IMG/VR virus record: IMGVR_UViG_646311924_000007
Location: 33,898-97,897 of that record
Source: a virus
Taxonomy: Duplodnaviria; Heunggongvirae; Uroviricota; Caudoviricetes
Reading direction: 5' to 3' (one strand)
Length of the DNA stretch: 64,000 nucleotides
Within the stretch, counting starts at the first letter, position 1. Each line of letters opens with the position of its first letter. The translations under genes were made by a program, and so were the position numbers. Positions 10,672 to 20,767 of the stretch are shown here, in pieces. The notes beneath the pieces were generated by a model, which searched no databases, was not told where the DNA came from, and saw nothing but the letters and a program-made list of their open reading frames with translations.

Positions 10672-11181
10672 TTAATCCCACTCAATCCAGTTGTAGACGA
10701 TACGAAGTGACGGGCGCACAGCGGCAGTCACATCTTCGGTACTAAAGTCGATTGCATCACTGTAGATTTTGCAGTCCAACATTTCAATTGTTGTAGCAGC
10801 TTTTGTCACAGCGTTAACCCCGGAAGATTTGGATTCAGGGGTAGCAGCCATCGTGATATCAACATAGTCCTTCGCCGCAATGCGATCCTTGATGAACTGA
10901 AGAATATCGCCTTCGATAGTCTCCACGCACTGGACCTGGATTTCCCCAGAGTTTCGAATTGGTCCGTGCTGGTTGAACTTCACACCATTCGGACCATAGT
11001 CCTCCACATCCTCGCGGGTCATTTCAGGAATTTGCGACGTGCGAACCAGTACGCTGATATCTTCATGGCCTGCAACAGTGAGCTGGAATTCAGAAGATAC
11101 CAGTCGTTCGCCTTTGGCCGCGTTGGCAGTATAGCGGCCCTTAATAAATTTACGGTTTCCCTTAGTGTTATTGTGCCCCAT
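10672..11181 (-). CDS. virion structural protein (169 aa)
   Basis: ORF at the distal end of the minus-strand structural operon; start codon checked. Confidence 0.5.
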   Translation of the reverse strand: MGHNNTKGNRKFIKGRYTANAAKGERLVSSEFQLTVAGHEDISVLVRTSQIPEMTREDVEDYGPNGVKFNQHGPIRNSGEIQVQCVETIEGDILQFIKDRIAAKDYVDITMAATPESKSSGVNAVTKAATTIEMLDCKIYSDAIDFSTEDVTAAVRPSLRIVYNWIEWD

Positions 11182-11192
11182 ATAAAATCCTT

Positions 11193-11774
11193 TTACTGGA
11201 ACGCCCGAACAATATCGGAGCTGTTATATATCGAAGAACCGGTCAACTGGAGGTTGACGGTGTTTTTCAGGAAATGCCCATTGCTGTCCCTGGGCGCATC
11301 GAGATCGAAACTTATGTCCTGGATAGCGACATCAATGATGTTGATCTGGCGACCAATGTTTAGCGTCACACGCTCCGGGATTCGACCACCAATACTGGCA
11401 TCTTTAAGTTCCGGGCTAATCATCGCTGACAATGCGGCGATAGCTCCTGAAACCTCCGTGAATGGATCAAACAAAGCGATGAAAGTTACTGGCAGCGTGA
11501 AAGTTGGCGGTGTTCCCCCCTCCCAAACCATTAAGCTGTTCCAACGGGCCACCGACGTTGTTTCAGTACCAACCTGCGCAAAACCACTGAAGGCACCAGC
11601 AACAGACCCCATGGACATACCGGTAAACGGCGCTTCCCAATTCTGGGCCATGTTCATTGCTGCCCCCTGGCTGATATATCCGGTAACCTGGTACTGAGAG
11701 TTCGTTAAAGTAACTTTCAGAAATGGCGATACACCGTCAGCCTGGCTGTAAACCCCATAAGGTATAGGTGCCAT
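11193..11774 (-). CDS. virion structural protein, possible tail tube (193 aa)
   Basis: About 21 kDa ORF downstream of the candidate sheath gene; assignment rests on size and order only. Confidence 0.35.
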   Translation of the reverse strand: MAPIPYGVYSQADGVSPFLKVTLTNSQYQVTGYISQGAAMNMAQNWEAPFTGMSMGSVAGAFSGFAQVGTETTSVARWNSLMVWEGGTPPTFTLPVTFIALFDPFTEVSGAIAALSAMISPELKDASIGGRIPERVTLNIGRQINIIDVAIQDISFDLDAPRDSNGHFLKNTVNLQLTGSSIYNSSDIVRAFQ

Positions 11775-11809
11775 TCAAGTTAAAGGCCGGAGTTCTCCGG
11801 CCTCCTCCT

Positions 11810-12625
11810 TTAGCCAAGGCGCTTACGGCGCAGTTTCATTGACTTTTTGCGGGCAAGTTTTGCCGCACCCGTCTGGGCTTTTCGACGCGCTTTTTTCAGC
11901 GCCGATTTTTGAGCCGCAGTCAGACGTTTTTTACGCAGGCGTTTACGGATGAGTTTGATCTCACCGTTACGAACAACCTTCTTAAATGCTTCAGTCAGCA
12001 TTTCATCAGAAGTGCCAGCAACAACAAACGCCGCTTCCAGTTCGTCACGGTCGTCGCTATCTAAACCAGCGATAGAGGCACCAACATCAGCAGCTGCGTC
12101 GTCGTCTTCATCGTCAGCCAGTGCTTCGATCAGGTCATCATCTACACCGCATGCTGCGAGGAAGTCAGCAACATTTGCCCATGCTTCGTTATAGGCATCG
12201 TCCTGTTCTTCTGTAACTTCGGAGTCGTCGTCATCAGAGATACCAGCGATAGCCTGAACGAAACCATCAAGGGAGTCGAAAGTCAGATCACCGCTATCAG
12301 CCCAGGCGAAAACGGCGTCGGCCGCATCACTCAACGCATTCTGCATAGCACTTCTATTTGCAGCTTCCAGAATCATCTGGTGCGCCTGTTCGACGGTCCA
12401 TTCTTTACCGTCTTTCCCTTCCAGGATTTGCTCAGGAGCCGGGGCAGATGGAACGTTATCGTTAGTCTGTGCCGCCGGTTCCGGATTATTATTAATAACC
12501 GGATCTGTTGGCTGTTCGGCGCTTGCTCGGGCAGACTCCATCAGCTGCACAGGATCAGAGTTCAAAGCGAAACGAGACAGTCCATTCCCCAAAAATGCCC
12601 CGGATTGAAAAAAGTTTTTGCTCAT
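11810..12625 (-). CDS. acidic protein with highly basic C-terminal tail (271 aa)
   Basis: Asp/Glu-rich body, Lys/Arg-rich C-terminus (KKRLTAAQKSALKKARRKAQ...). Confidence 0.45.
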   Translation of the reverse strand: MSKNFFQSGAFLGNGLSRFALNSDPVQLMESARASAEQPTDPVINNNPEPAAQTNDNVPSAPAPEQILEGKDGKEWTVEQAHQMILEAANRSAMQNALSDAADAVFAWADSGDLTFDSLDGFVQAIAGISDDDDSEVTEEQDDAYNEAWANVADFLAACGVDDDLIEALADDEDDDAAADVGASIAGLDSDDRDELEAAFVVAGTSDEMLTEAFKKVVRNGEIKLIRKRLRKKRLTAAQKSALKKARRKAQTGAAKLARKKSMKLRRKRLG

Positions 12626-12634
12626 TGTATTCCC

Positions 12635-14224
12635 TTACTTAATAAGCAGCGGTACGCCCTGGATACGACGGGCTACGCCAGTCGGGCAGCAGGCCCAGAC
12701 TACTTCCCATTTATCGAATTCCGCCTGCGTAACTTTCAGCACATACGGTTCTGTACCGTCAGCATCAGGATCACGAGGAGCCACCAGAGCGCCGGAGGCG
12801 ACAAAGCGATCTAAAAGTTTGGTCATCCCTTTAGTCAGGCCAGCCGCAGTAATACCGTCCGGGCTATGCTTCATCTGTCGGGCTAACTGGACAAAGAAAC
12901 GGCTGATTGCATTCATCAGGGATGGGACGTGCTGGAAGTGCAGATAGTTATCCTGCGTGCAGCAAGTTAAAGCATCGTCGATGATCATCTGGCCAGAGGT
13001 GCCAACAGATACTTTATTGAGACGGCCCTTGACCATTGCTTCTTCGTCCGGGGTATCTTCCGGATACAGCGGTTGAATTGACGCACGAGCAATGACGGCA
13101 CGTTCTTCACCAGCCGGTGAGTAATGCCAACCGCCGACATCAGAGTTTTTCTTGACGCCACGAGCTTTCGCCGCATACGCCACGCCAGACAGACCAAAGA
13201 CCACACGGGATTGGGTCCATTTGTCTTTGCAGGAGAACGGGTAGTGATAGACAGCACAGCTTACATAATCGGTACCAAGTAAACCGGTATCTTCAACAGC
13301 AGAGAGCGCTTCCGTATACGTCAATGTCGGTTTGACATCAAAGAAGCCATCAATCAGGCGATCAGAACAGATATTACCTAACGCGGTGATCGCCGCATTG
13401 TCATAGCAACCCAGGCCGAGAACAGCGGTGTACATGTACGGCGCATTGTTCAGCACCTTAACCGCACGCAGGTACGCAGCGGTTGAGATTTTCGACTGAT
13501 CACCGTTGGTACCACCAGTGAACGCCAGCGATTTTTTATTTGTTACTTTCGCCGTCGAAATCAGCTCTTCATTAACAACCGCGCGCAGATATTTAGAACG
13601 GGCTTCCAGAGCCGTAGGCAGATAACACAAGCGGCCCATGTCATCTTTCGCTTCTTCCGCCAAAGACACAGTGTGTGTCTCCAGGGTCGTTACCACGCCG
13701 AGCGAAGTCGTCTGGGTCAGTTTTAAGAGGAAGCGTTCATTACCCGCGCTGTCCGCTGTTGCCGTTTCGATGGTTAACTCACGGGTAGGTGAAATACACG
13801 GATCACCATCATCAACGTAGATAGCAAAGGCTTCGCCACTATCAAGTTCAATTTCAGAACCGTATGGCAACGCACTGTAAGCCGGTTCGCCTGATTCATC
13901 GAACATAATAATCGGGAACTTCGCATCATCCGGAACAGCACGAACAACATAACCTGACGTTTGCTGAATAGCTTCGTATACATGGCGAATTGGTTCGAAC
14001 TGTGAGCCGGAAGACGGCTTCAGCGGTTCGCCGAGAACATCTTTGTAATTGGACTCAGTAACCGCAAGAACAGTAAACGGCTTGCCACGCGCAAATACGC
14101 CAATACCAGCCCACAAGCTGCTATTTAATGCAACACCGGTAGATAACGTCGCATCGGCATTGATCGGGCTAACCGCGACGCCGGATGCATTACCTAATGA
14201 CTGTTGAATTGAATATTGAGACAT
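12635..14224 (-). CDS. large virion protein, possibly contractile tail sheath (529 aa)
   Basis: 529-aa ORF in structural operon; size and position comparable to P1 gene 22; no motif-level confirmation. Confidence 0.4.
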   Translation of the reverse strand: MSQYSIQQSLGNASGVAVSPINADATLSTGVALNSSLWAGIGVFARGKPFTVLAVTESNYKDVLGEPLKPSSGSQFEPIRHVYEAIQQTSGYVVRAVPDDAKFPIIMFDESGEPAYSALPYGSEIELDSGEAFAIYVDDGDPCISPTRELTIETATADSAGNERFLLKLTQTTSLGVVTTLETHTVSLAEEAKDDMGRLCYLPTALEARSKYLRAVVNEELISTAKVTNKKSLAFTGGTNGDQSKISTAAYLRAVKVLNNAPYMYTAVLGLGCYDNAAITALGNICSDRLIDGFFDVKPTLTYTEALSAVEDTGLLGTDYVSCAVYHYPFSCKDKWTQSRVVFGLSGVAYAAKARGVKKNSDVGGWHYSPAGEERAVIARASIQPLYPEDTPDEEAMVKGRLNKVSVGTSGQMIIDDALTCCTQDNYLHFQHVPSLMNAISRFFVQLARQMKHSPDGITAAGLTKGMTKLLDRFVASGALVAPRDPDADGTEPYVLKVTQAEFDKWEVVWACCPTGVARRIQGVPLLIK

Positions 14225-14284
14225 AACTTTCCCTGTTATGCGCCCCGCACGGGGGCGCTATGTTAAACGGAGAACTTCCCCTGA

Positions 14285-16012
14285 TTACTCAGAGTCACCG
14301 GCATCAATCGTGTCGCCGCTTATGAAGTTAAGCCCGCCTTTTTTGGCCATTGTCAGCGTTACACGAGTGAAGTAATCAGCGCCGTTGCGTGGGTGCATAT
14401 CGTTGATAGCCGAACCCCACAGTGTGGTACGGTTGACCAGCGCCGGAGTGGTCGGATGCTGGAACGGGATAGCCGGGACAGCATCACCAGTCACGAAGCC
14501 TGCTTTACCCGGATTTTCATCACGGACGTAGCACAGCACATCCATCGAGCTGAACTGAATGTTCTCTGTCGTTAAGTTCTTACAAATACCAGCAGGTACT
14601 TCGTACACTTTCACGTTACCGAACAGGGTACCGATGTAGTGAACATACGGAGTCTGGATATAGTCTTCGGCTGGCTGGAAGAAATCCTTCGGCAACTGTT
14701 TGAAGAAAGATGCTGCATCAGCACCAGCAAACATCCCCATCGCACCAGAAGATTTAACGCGCTCAATAATGTCGCGATATACAGTCTGGAATTTGCCACG
14801 AATGATGGTTGCCCATACATTAAAGGACTGGTTAACCGGCAGAGCGATGTCAAAGGTGTCGGTCGCAAGAGTACGCCAGATCATGATGCGAAGACGCAGC
14901 ATATCCTGTTCATGAGACAGGTATTCCTTCAGGGTGCGGAACTGTAGGGAACCCAGGTCCAGACCAAATTCACGCTGTGCTTCATACGCCGCCTGTACCG
15001 TGTGCTCAGCCGCGATAACGAACTGACTTGGGAACAGGGTGTATTTCTTCATTTCGTGGTTGATCAGCGGGATCAGCTCAGGTGCGGCTTCAATATTGAT
15101 TTCCGTCTCAATTGCGATCTCAGTGCCTTTATCCGGCGCTTTGGAGAACGACAGGGCAATCTGACCAATGTTGTAGTTCAGAGAGCAGGTAACAGTGATT
15201 TGCTCACCAGCAGCATTAGTAAACGAGTGAAGTAGGCTGCCGGAACCGTTATCAACAACAGACTTAATACGGTTAACGTAGATGTTAGTGCGACCTTTTC
15301 GGATTGGTACATTCTGGCCTTCGAAGTCTTCCATCTTGAAGGTTGCGGTTTTGCTGGTGCCATCGGAGCTTGCCACCAGCACATAGCGGCGACGTAACTG
15401 GCTGTACACACCAACGGATTGCATGTCCAGAACATCACCAGCAGCATAAGAACCAAAAGAGGAACCTGCCACGTTAAAGACTTCATAGATGTCGGACTGG
15501 TCACGCGTAACCGGAATGAAGGTACACGCATCAGCGGTAGCTGCCCCCAACTGAACAGGCAGGATCATCGCGAGGAATAAAGGCAGACGCATAACACCGT
15601 CAGAAACGCTCATCATCTCTGCTGCGACGGATTCCAGCATCGCTTTATTAGTGGCATCCATGCTATTGCGGGTGGACTCAATCAGGCAGTTTTCCAGCGT
15701 CTGGTGGCAGGAGGCCAGAATTTCCGGACGCGGCATAGATTTATGTGCTGCGGCGTAGTCAGCCAGTGCACTTGCCCACGCTGTAGCGATTTGAGCGGTG
15801 GCATTATCAGAGATACCCGCAAAAACCGGGTCTTTACGTGCAGCTTCAAGGATAGATGCGGCACGCGCGGCATCATCTTTAATGAATTGGTTATCAGTAC
15901 CGAACTGCGCAGTGCTTGCCCAGCCAAGCACAGCTTTAGAGCGTTTTGCGATATCTGCAATACGATTCTGGTATTCGCGTAAGTTACTCAATTTACTCTT
16001 CCTTAAACACAA
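14285..16012 (-). CDS. large virion protein, possibly major capsid protein precursor (575 aa)
   Basis: 575-aa ORF adjacent to parS, the position of P1 gene 23; size and position only. Confidence 0.4.
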   Translation of the reverse strand: MCLRKSKLSNLREYQNRIADIAKRSKAVLGWASTAQFGTDNQFIKDDAARAASILEAARKDPVFAGISDNATAQIATAWASALADYAAAHKSMPRPEILASCHQTLENCLIESTRNSMDATNKAMLESVAAEMMSVSDGVMRLPLFLAMILPVQLGAATADACTFIPVTRDQSDIYEVFNVAGSSFGSYAAGDVLDMQSVGVYSQLRRRYVLVASSDGTSKTATFKMEDFEGQNVPIRKGRTNIYVNRIKSVVDNGSGSLLHSFTNAAGEQITVTCSLNYNIGQIALSFSKAPDKGTEIAIETEINIEAAPELIPLINHEMKKYTLFPSQFVIAAEHTVQAAYEAQREFGLDLGSLQFRTLKEYLSHEQDMLRLRIMIWRTLATDTFDIALPVNQSFNVWATIIRGKFQTVYRDIIERVKSSGAMGMFAGADAASFFKQLPKDFFQPAEDYIQTPYVHYIGTLFGNVKVYEVPAGICKNLTTENIQFSSMDVLCYVRDENPGKAGFVTGDAVPAIPFQHPTTPALVNRTTLWGSAINDMHPRNGADYFTRVTLTMAKKGGLNFISGDTIDAGDSE

Positions 16013-16124
16013 GGCACTTGTGTGAATCCCTTTTCGGAAGAGATTTTATTGAAAGTCACTTGTTGACTTTCTCGTGACAAGCAATTTTTTTATTTTTTCG
16101 GGAGTAGGGGAGGAAGGTAAAATC

Positions 16125-16214
16125 CAAGGTGAAATCGTGGCGATTTCACCTTGAAATTTTAGATGGATTTACTTTAAAAACAGTAGGTTAATAGTGAAAT
16201 TTGAATGGCGAAAG
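16125..16214 (-). other. parS: parS partition site (P1 type)
   Basis: Reverse complement reads ATTTCAAGGTGAAATCGCCACGATTTCACCTTGG with ATTTCAC heptamers and TCGCCA hexamers plus an AT-rich IHF-like spacer, directly downstream of parB. Confidence 0.75.
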
Positions 16215-16215
16215 T

Positions 16216-17217
16216 TTAAGGCTTCGGCTTTTTATCGAGGCTCTTTCTAAGGATATGCCCAATCATCCTGTCGAGTTCTTCCTGTAGCTCTTTTGAAAGT
16301 CGATTAAACTCATAAGAAAATGCACGGCCTTTCACGCGCTTCCTTGCAAAGCGATCCTTGTCCTCAAATTTCCATAATTCAGTAACTACGGACTTATCTT
16401 TAGAACCTTTATCCGTGAGTAGTGAGGCTTCCTTTGTTATCAAGCGCAGGATTTTATTTTTAACTTCATCTTCGGCCATTTCTTCAATGGATAAGATGTC
16501 GTTTATTTCCGGGGATATGTTTTGAATAAGCTGATCAAACTCTAAATTCTTGTTCCCCATTTCGTCGCCAACAGCACAAAGCGTTTTGTAGTCCGAAAAG
16601 GTTAATTCCGACTGCACAGGGAAAAGGGCGACTAATTCTTCCGGAGCACTCGCTGCCTGGAGAGCACGCGTGACCTTAGCCTGAGACAGCCCTTCTTTGG
16701 CTGCAATATCCTTCTGACTCATCCCATCATTTTTCATTCGCATCAAACGCAGACCTATTTCTCGAATGCTGTGCTGCAATGCTGTCTGAACGTCTTTCGC
16801 TAAATTTTGCGCTTCCTGAACGCTGATCTCCTGGTCCGTGACTAAAACCCGCAACCCTACGTTCTCTAAGATGGCAGAAGCTCGACGCCGGGAACCATCC
16901 AAAATTTCAATTTTCCCTGTACCCCGTCTAACACCTATTGCAGGGTAAAATTGCTGATGCTTAATAGTGCTTCGGATACTTTTTAATGATTTTGGCGTAA
17001 GAGATGCCTGGTCACGCCCGTTGTTATGCTGATCAACAAAGGTATCGCTTTCTACCTGGTTCGGAGGTATTACCTCTTCAATAAATGTGGCCTGGCGACC
17101 AGTTGATAACTTGAATACCTGCTCGACTCGATCGCCAGAGGCTGAAGAACTATCAAATCCGCTTAATATTGAAGGATTAAGGGTTCGCCCAATTGTTGGT
17201 CTGTTTTTCTTTGACAT
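16216..17217 (-). CDS. parB: ParB partition protein (333 aa)
   Basis: 333 aa as in P1 ParB; HTH region (MSQKDIAAKEGLSQAKVTRALQ); downstream of parA and followed by parS. Confidence 0.85.
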   Translation of the reverse strand: MSKKNRPTIGRTLNPSILSGFDSSSASGDRVEQVFKLSTGRQATFIEEVIPPNQVESDTFVDQHNNGRDQASLTPKSLKSIRSTIKHQQFYPAIGVRRGTGKIEILDGSRRRASAILENVGLRVLVTDQEISVQEAQNLAKDVQTALQHSIREIGLRLMRMKNDGMSQKDIAAKEGLSQAKVTRALQAASAPEELVALFPVQSELTFSDYKTLCAVGDEMGNKNLEFDQLIQNISPEINDILSIEEMAEDEVKNKILRLITKEASLLTDKGSKDKSVVTELWKFEDKDRFARKRVKGRAFSYEFNRLSKELQEELDRMIGHILRKSLDKKPKP

Positions 17218-17233
17218 GGGGGTTTCTTACTCC

Positions 17234-18430
17234 TCAGTTAGATCTGATAAATTCAATACGGTCAAAAACTGCTTTAGCAAAATCTTCCGCGGCAATTCGC
17301 GCGTTCTTCAATGCATCAGCACTACCAACATACGTTGCCGGGTTAGCTGAAATAACAGTGTCAAAAGACTCGCCGCAACGTTCAAAACCGTCAAGGCGAG
17401 GGAGGACGACATCGAGCATATCCCCACCGAACACTTCTTTAGCCAGGCTATGGCAATACTTATGATCTGCCTTGTTACTCAACTTGGACATAAAACCAAT
17501 GTTAGTCGCAAGCTGGCACTCGCAGCCTTCATCCGAAATGAGTTTCACCAACTCAGGAAGGCGGGCAACGTATTTAAGCGATGAGTGGAAATCGACAGTT
17601 GCTGGCGGCAGAGGTGTAAACAGTATATTGGCCGAGGCCAAAGCATTTTTCAGGAAGGCGTCAAGGTGAGGACCACTATCAACGAGGATAAAGTCATAAT
17701 CGCTCTTCAGCTTATCAATCACATTTTCTTTCAGGACAGCATGGATGTTCTGACCCGGTAGATGCTCATTGCACAGCTCTCTCCAATCGGATGCAATAAA
17801 GGCATCGTCAATCGACGCAGGCATAACGTCAACCCCAGGTACAACAGAAGGAACAATAAACTCCTCTAACAGCTCTTCACGGCTTACATTCTGCAACATA
17901 GCCTGTGCAGATGTTGCGTTTACGATACCAATAGAGTGTTTATGGCTTAAAAACATCGTTGCTGAAGATTGCGGATCAAGGTCAATAACCAGAATCCTTA
18001 AATCTTCCATCAGAAGATGAGGGTGAGCACGCATTGCATGCGCCAGAGAAACCGTCGATACAGTTTTTGACACACCGCCTTTAAGATTGGAGATGAAAAT
18101 CACATACGCTTCGCTGTAGCGATCCCGGTATTTTGGCACTCCGCGATGTTCATATATGTCAATGATGTTCTGAATTGACATCGCATATTTCATTGAAGAG
18201 CCAGCAGGGCGTTTATCGAAAACATAACCCTTTTCTTCCATTTCACTTACGGCATAGTCAACGTTCGCTCGAGTCAGTAGAGGCAATTTTGCCAGTGCCG
18301 CTTTCGCATAGACCTGGTAAAACTCGTTCGCGTGTAGCTCATCCTTTTGCAACTGTACTTGTTCAGTCAGAACATTGAGCATTCTGTTTGCTCTTTGAGC
18401 AACCTTGTGAAGCTGGCTGGAATCACTCAT
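17234..18430 (-). CDS. parA: ParA partition ATPase (398 aa, long N-terminal type)
   Basis: Deviant Walker A (ISNLKGGVSKT) after an N-terminal regulatory extension; 398 aa as in P1 ParA. Confidence 0.9.
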   Translation of the reverse strand: MSDSSQLHKVAQRANRMLNVLTEQVQLQKDELHANEFYQVYAKAALAKLPLLTRANVDYAVSEMEEKGYVFDKRPAGSSMKYAMSIQNIIDIYEHRGVPKYRDRYSEAYVIFISNLKGGVSKTVSTVSLAHAMRAHPHLLMEDLRILVIDLDPQSSATMFLSHKHSIGIVNATSAQAMLQNVSREELLEEFIVPSVVPGVDVMPASIDDAFIASDWRELCNEHLPGQNIHAVLKENVIDKLKSDYDFILVDSGPHLDAFLKNALASANILFTPLPPATVDFHSSLKYVARLPELVKLISDEGCECQLATNIGFMSKLSNKADHKYCHSLAKEVFGGDMLDVVLPRLDGFERCGESFDTVISANPATYVGSADALKNARIAAEDFAKAVFDRIEFIRSN

Positions 18431-18570
18431 CGAAAGTCATCCTTTATGCTGTATTTTTGAATTTAATTAAAAATGCTGCATAAAATAATAATGTATGCGT
18501 AGATGCTTGTACATGGCATTCTCTGCATGTTTTGTTCATTTTGCACGATTGAGAGTTACAAGAAAGGCAC

Positions 18571-18591
18571 AAAAAAGCCCCGTTCAGGGGC
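18571..18591 (-). terminator. rho-independent terminator (minus strand)
   Basis: On the minus strand GCCCCTGAACGGGGC hairpin followed by TTTTTT, 8 nt after the stop of the 134-aa ORF and just upstream of the par promoter region. Confidence 0.6.
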
Positions 18592-18598
18592 ATCAGTG

Positions 18599-19003
18599 TT
18601 ATTTGCTAAGAGCAGCGAATAATCGTTCGAAATCGATAGTATCTATAGCACGCGTAAGCGCCGGAAGTTCAGCCTCAAAGTACCCGTGTCGATCGTAAAA
18701 GAAGGGACCGAAGAGCGAGGCATGTTGGATTCTACTTCGCCCCAGCCCGGACACACAGTTAAGCCCATTACCGGCTAAAAGGCTAAAAAACTTCTCTGGA
18801 TTATCGTGGTAAAGCTGAGAATCAATGGTGGCGGTTAACTCTTCCATAGGGAAGCACACCCGCCCTGTCTCCCAGGGATATTTAGTCCGAAGCATAAACA
18901 TTGCTTTCAGCAATTCACATTGAGCGCGGATCGCGTCCGGTTCATAGCCAGATATGGAGACATAAGCCACGTCCCTCATTCCTGCGTCATCTTTGAAAGT
19001 CAC
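18599..19003 (-). CDS. hypothetical protein (134 aa), partner of the T5orf172-like gene
   Basis: ORF co-oriented with and 70 nt downstream of the 111-aa gene, followed by its own terminator; no recognisable motif. Confidence 0.5.
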   Translation of the reverse strand: MTFKDDAGMRDVAYVSISGYEPDAIRAQCELLKAMFMLRTKYPWETGRVCFPMEELTATIDSQLYHDNPEKFFSLLAGNGLNCVSGLGRSRIQHASLFGPFFYDRHGYFEAELPALTRAIDTIDFERLFAALSK

Positions 19004-19072
19004 GATAGAAGTAACATCCAGTTCTTTTTCGAAAGAGCGAGCAGCATCTACTGGACGCTGAAGTAAATCATT

Positions 19073-19408
19073 CTACTTAATGCGCTCGAGAATCCCTCCC
19101 CACATATCATTTAGATATTCGATATGAGCCAAAACCTTATCAAGACACTCTCGTGTAAACCATTCAGTATGCCCGCCACCGGCGCTTTTCTCCCACGGCG
19201 CATTCCAGGGGAAAAAGGTTGCGTGTAAAGCCCGCTCAAGATTAACCATTGCCAAACGCGTACCACGATAGACCCGTGAAAGCGCAAAATCGGGACTCAC
19301 TTGTAGCCCTTTAAACCGTGCCAATGGACCACATGAAATGCCGATTTTAAAAGTATCTCCGTTCTCCGGCACCAGAACGTAGAGGTAGTGTTGTTTCTCT
19401 TCTTGCAT
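19073..19408 (-). CDS. T5orf172-type (GIY-YIG-like) domain protein (111 aa)
   Basis: Motifs matching the T5orf172/GIY-YIG-like pattern: YLYVL...GDTFKIGIS...LERALH...GGGHTEWF; start codon checked at 19406-19408. Confidence 0.55.
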   Translation of the reverse strand: MQEEKQHYLYVLVPENGDTFKIGISCGPLARFKGLQVSPDFALSRVYRGTRLAMVNLERALHATFFPWNAPWEKSAGGGHTEWFTRECLDKVLAHIEYLNDMWGGILERIK

Positions 19409-19442
19409 ATCAATACCACTGCTTGATGAGAACCGCGCAAAT

Positions 19443-19699
19443 GTTGACTATGCGCGAAAGTTAATGTGAATAGTTGACTATGCGCGATGTGACTACAGTC
19501 AAAAGTTGACTGTAGTCGATTTAACTCCACCAAAGATCGACTATGTAAGATATTGTCGGGAGAAACGTTGACTATACGCGATGAAATGACCCTAAAAGCC
19601 ATCTCAATAGCGACTTGCAGAATATTGACGCCAGCAAAAATCCACCAGCGTCAACGAATGTCGCCTATAGTCAACTTCTCGCTATCGCATATAGTCAAT
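19443..19699. repeat. incA: incA-like iteron array downstream of repA
   Basis: At least 7 copies of the 15-bp repeat GTTGACTATGCGCGA and variants, in both orientations. Confidence 0.7.
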
Positions 19700-19700
19700 A

Positions 19701-20642
19701 TTATGGATTGCGCTTATGGATCTGAAAGCCGATTTTCCTGCCGTTTTTTATCTCTGAAAATTTAAGATATTCAATAGCTTCCAAATCTTTCATGGCTTTT
19801 CTGATAACGCTATTTTGCACGCTAACGGATGATTTGAGATTAAGCCTTGCTCTAAGGCGCTCAATGCTGACAGGTGCCGGGTTGGCGGGTAGAGCCTCAA
19901 AGAATGTATACAGTACCTTGGCCGTCTCTTTGCGCCCGAGCTTATCCAGCATCTTCAGCTTCAGGATTCGCTTATAGTCAACATAGTAAAGTTCAGATAG
20001 CTGTTTCTGCGGCTGGATCTCGATAACATCAAGCTCGGTATTCAGGCTGCTATATGCCAACAAGTTGACGTTAATGTTATTGAGATGACCTTTTGCCGCC
20101 GGGAAGCGGAATTTGACAACTGTCTGCTGAATGCGTGTCAGAGAGTCATCAATACTTTTACGGAACGCCTTTGAAAGGCGCTTACGTGGATAGCCGCATC
20201 GATCGGCAAACTCGGAGAATGGCAGGGTGATTATGCCGTCATCATCAGGTGCGTAGTCAAACAACGCGGAGGTTATGCCCACCCACACCTTAAAATCAGT
20301 ATCCATATCCAGGCGTGGACCATGAATTTCAATTCCCTCATAGCCTTCCTGCTCAACAATTTTGAGGCTTGATAGTTCTTCGGTTGCGTTCGTTGTGTTT
20401 GTAGTAACTGACGATCCGCGACGTAGTGCCACATTGGTAGATTTTAAGGTTGGCACAAACACACCTAAGCGCAACAAAGCAATGGGTTGTATAGTGCTAT
20501 TGTTATTGGGTTTCAGGCTGTGGATTTCTCCTGTATTTCCTGCAACTTCTTCAACGCTAAGGAAGCCTTTATTTTCTTCCAGCATCGTGGTTTCTCCATA
20601 TGTGGCGCGGCCTGGCGTCATCTGGATTGCAGTTATCAACAA
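19701..20642 (-). CDS. repA: RepA plasmid replication initiator
   Basis: Conserved GPRLDMDTDFK core of P1/RepFIB-type initiators; flanked by iteron arrays; ORF starts with TTG in the track, so the true start is probably an internal ATG. Confidence 0.8.
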   Translation of the reverse strand: MLITAIQMTPGRATYGETTMLEENKGFLSVEEVAGNTGEIHSLKPNNNSTIQPIALLRLGVFVPTLKSTNVALRRGSSVTTNTTNATEELSSLKIVEQEGYEGIEIHGPRLDMDTDFKVWVGITSALFDYAPDDDGIITLPFSEFADRCGYPRKRLSKAFRKSIDDSLTRIQQTVVKFRFPAAKGHLNNINVNLLAYSSLNTELDVIEIQPQKQLSELYYVDYKRILKLKMLDKLGRKETAKVLYTFFEALPANPAPVSIERLRARLNLKSSVSVQNSVIRKAMKDLEAIEYLKFSEIKNGRKIGFQIHKRNP

Positions 20643-20665
20643 CTGTGAATAGTCAGGCTCTAAAA

Positions 20666-20765
20666 TCGCGTACAGTCAATGTTTCTGTCGCATATAGTCA
20701 ACAATAAATCGCGTGCAGTCAACAATAAATCGTGCACAGTCAACATAAAATCGCGTATAGTCAAT
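20666..20765. repeat. incC/oriR iterons (5 direct repeats, 21-22 bp spacing)
   Basis: TCGCGTACAGTCAA, TCGCATATAGTCAAC, TCGCGTGCAGTCAAC, TCGTGCACAGTCAAC, TCGCGTATAGTCAAT immediately upstream of repA. Confidence 0.75.
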
Positions 20766-20767
20766 GT

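Noticed and set aside
14393-15982. Several 60-102 aa ORFs on both strands within the 575-aa structural gene
   Set aside because: All nested within or antisense to the long ORF; typical spurious frames.
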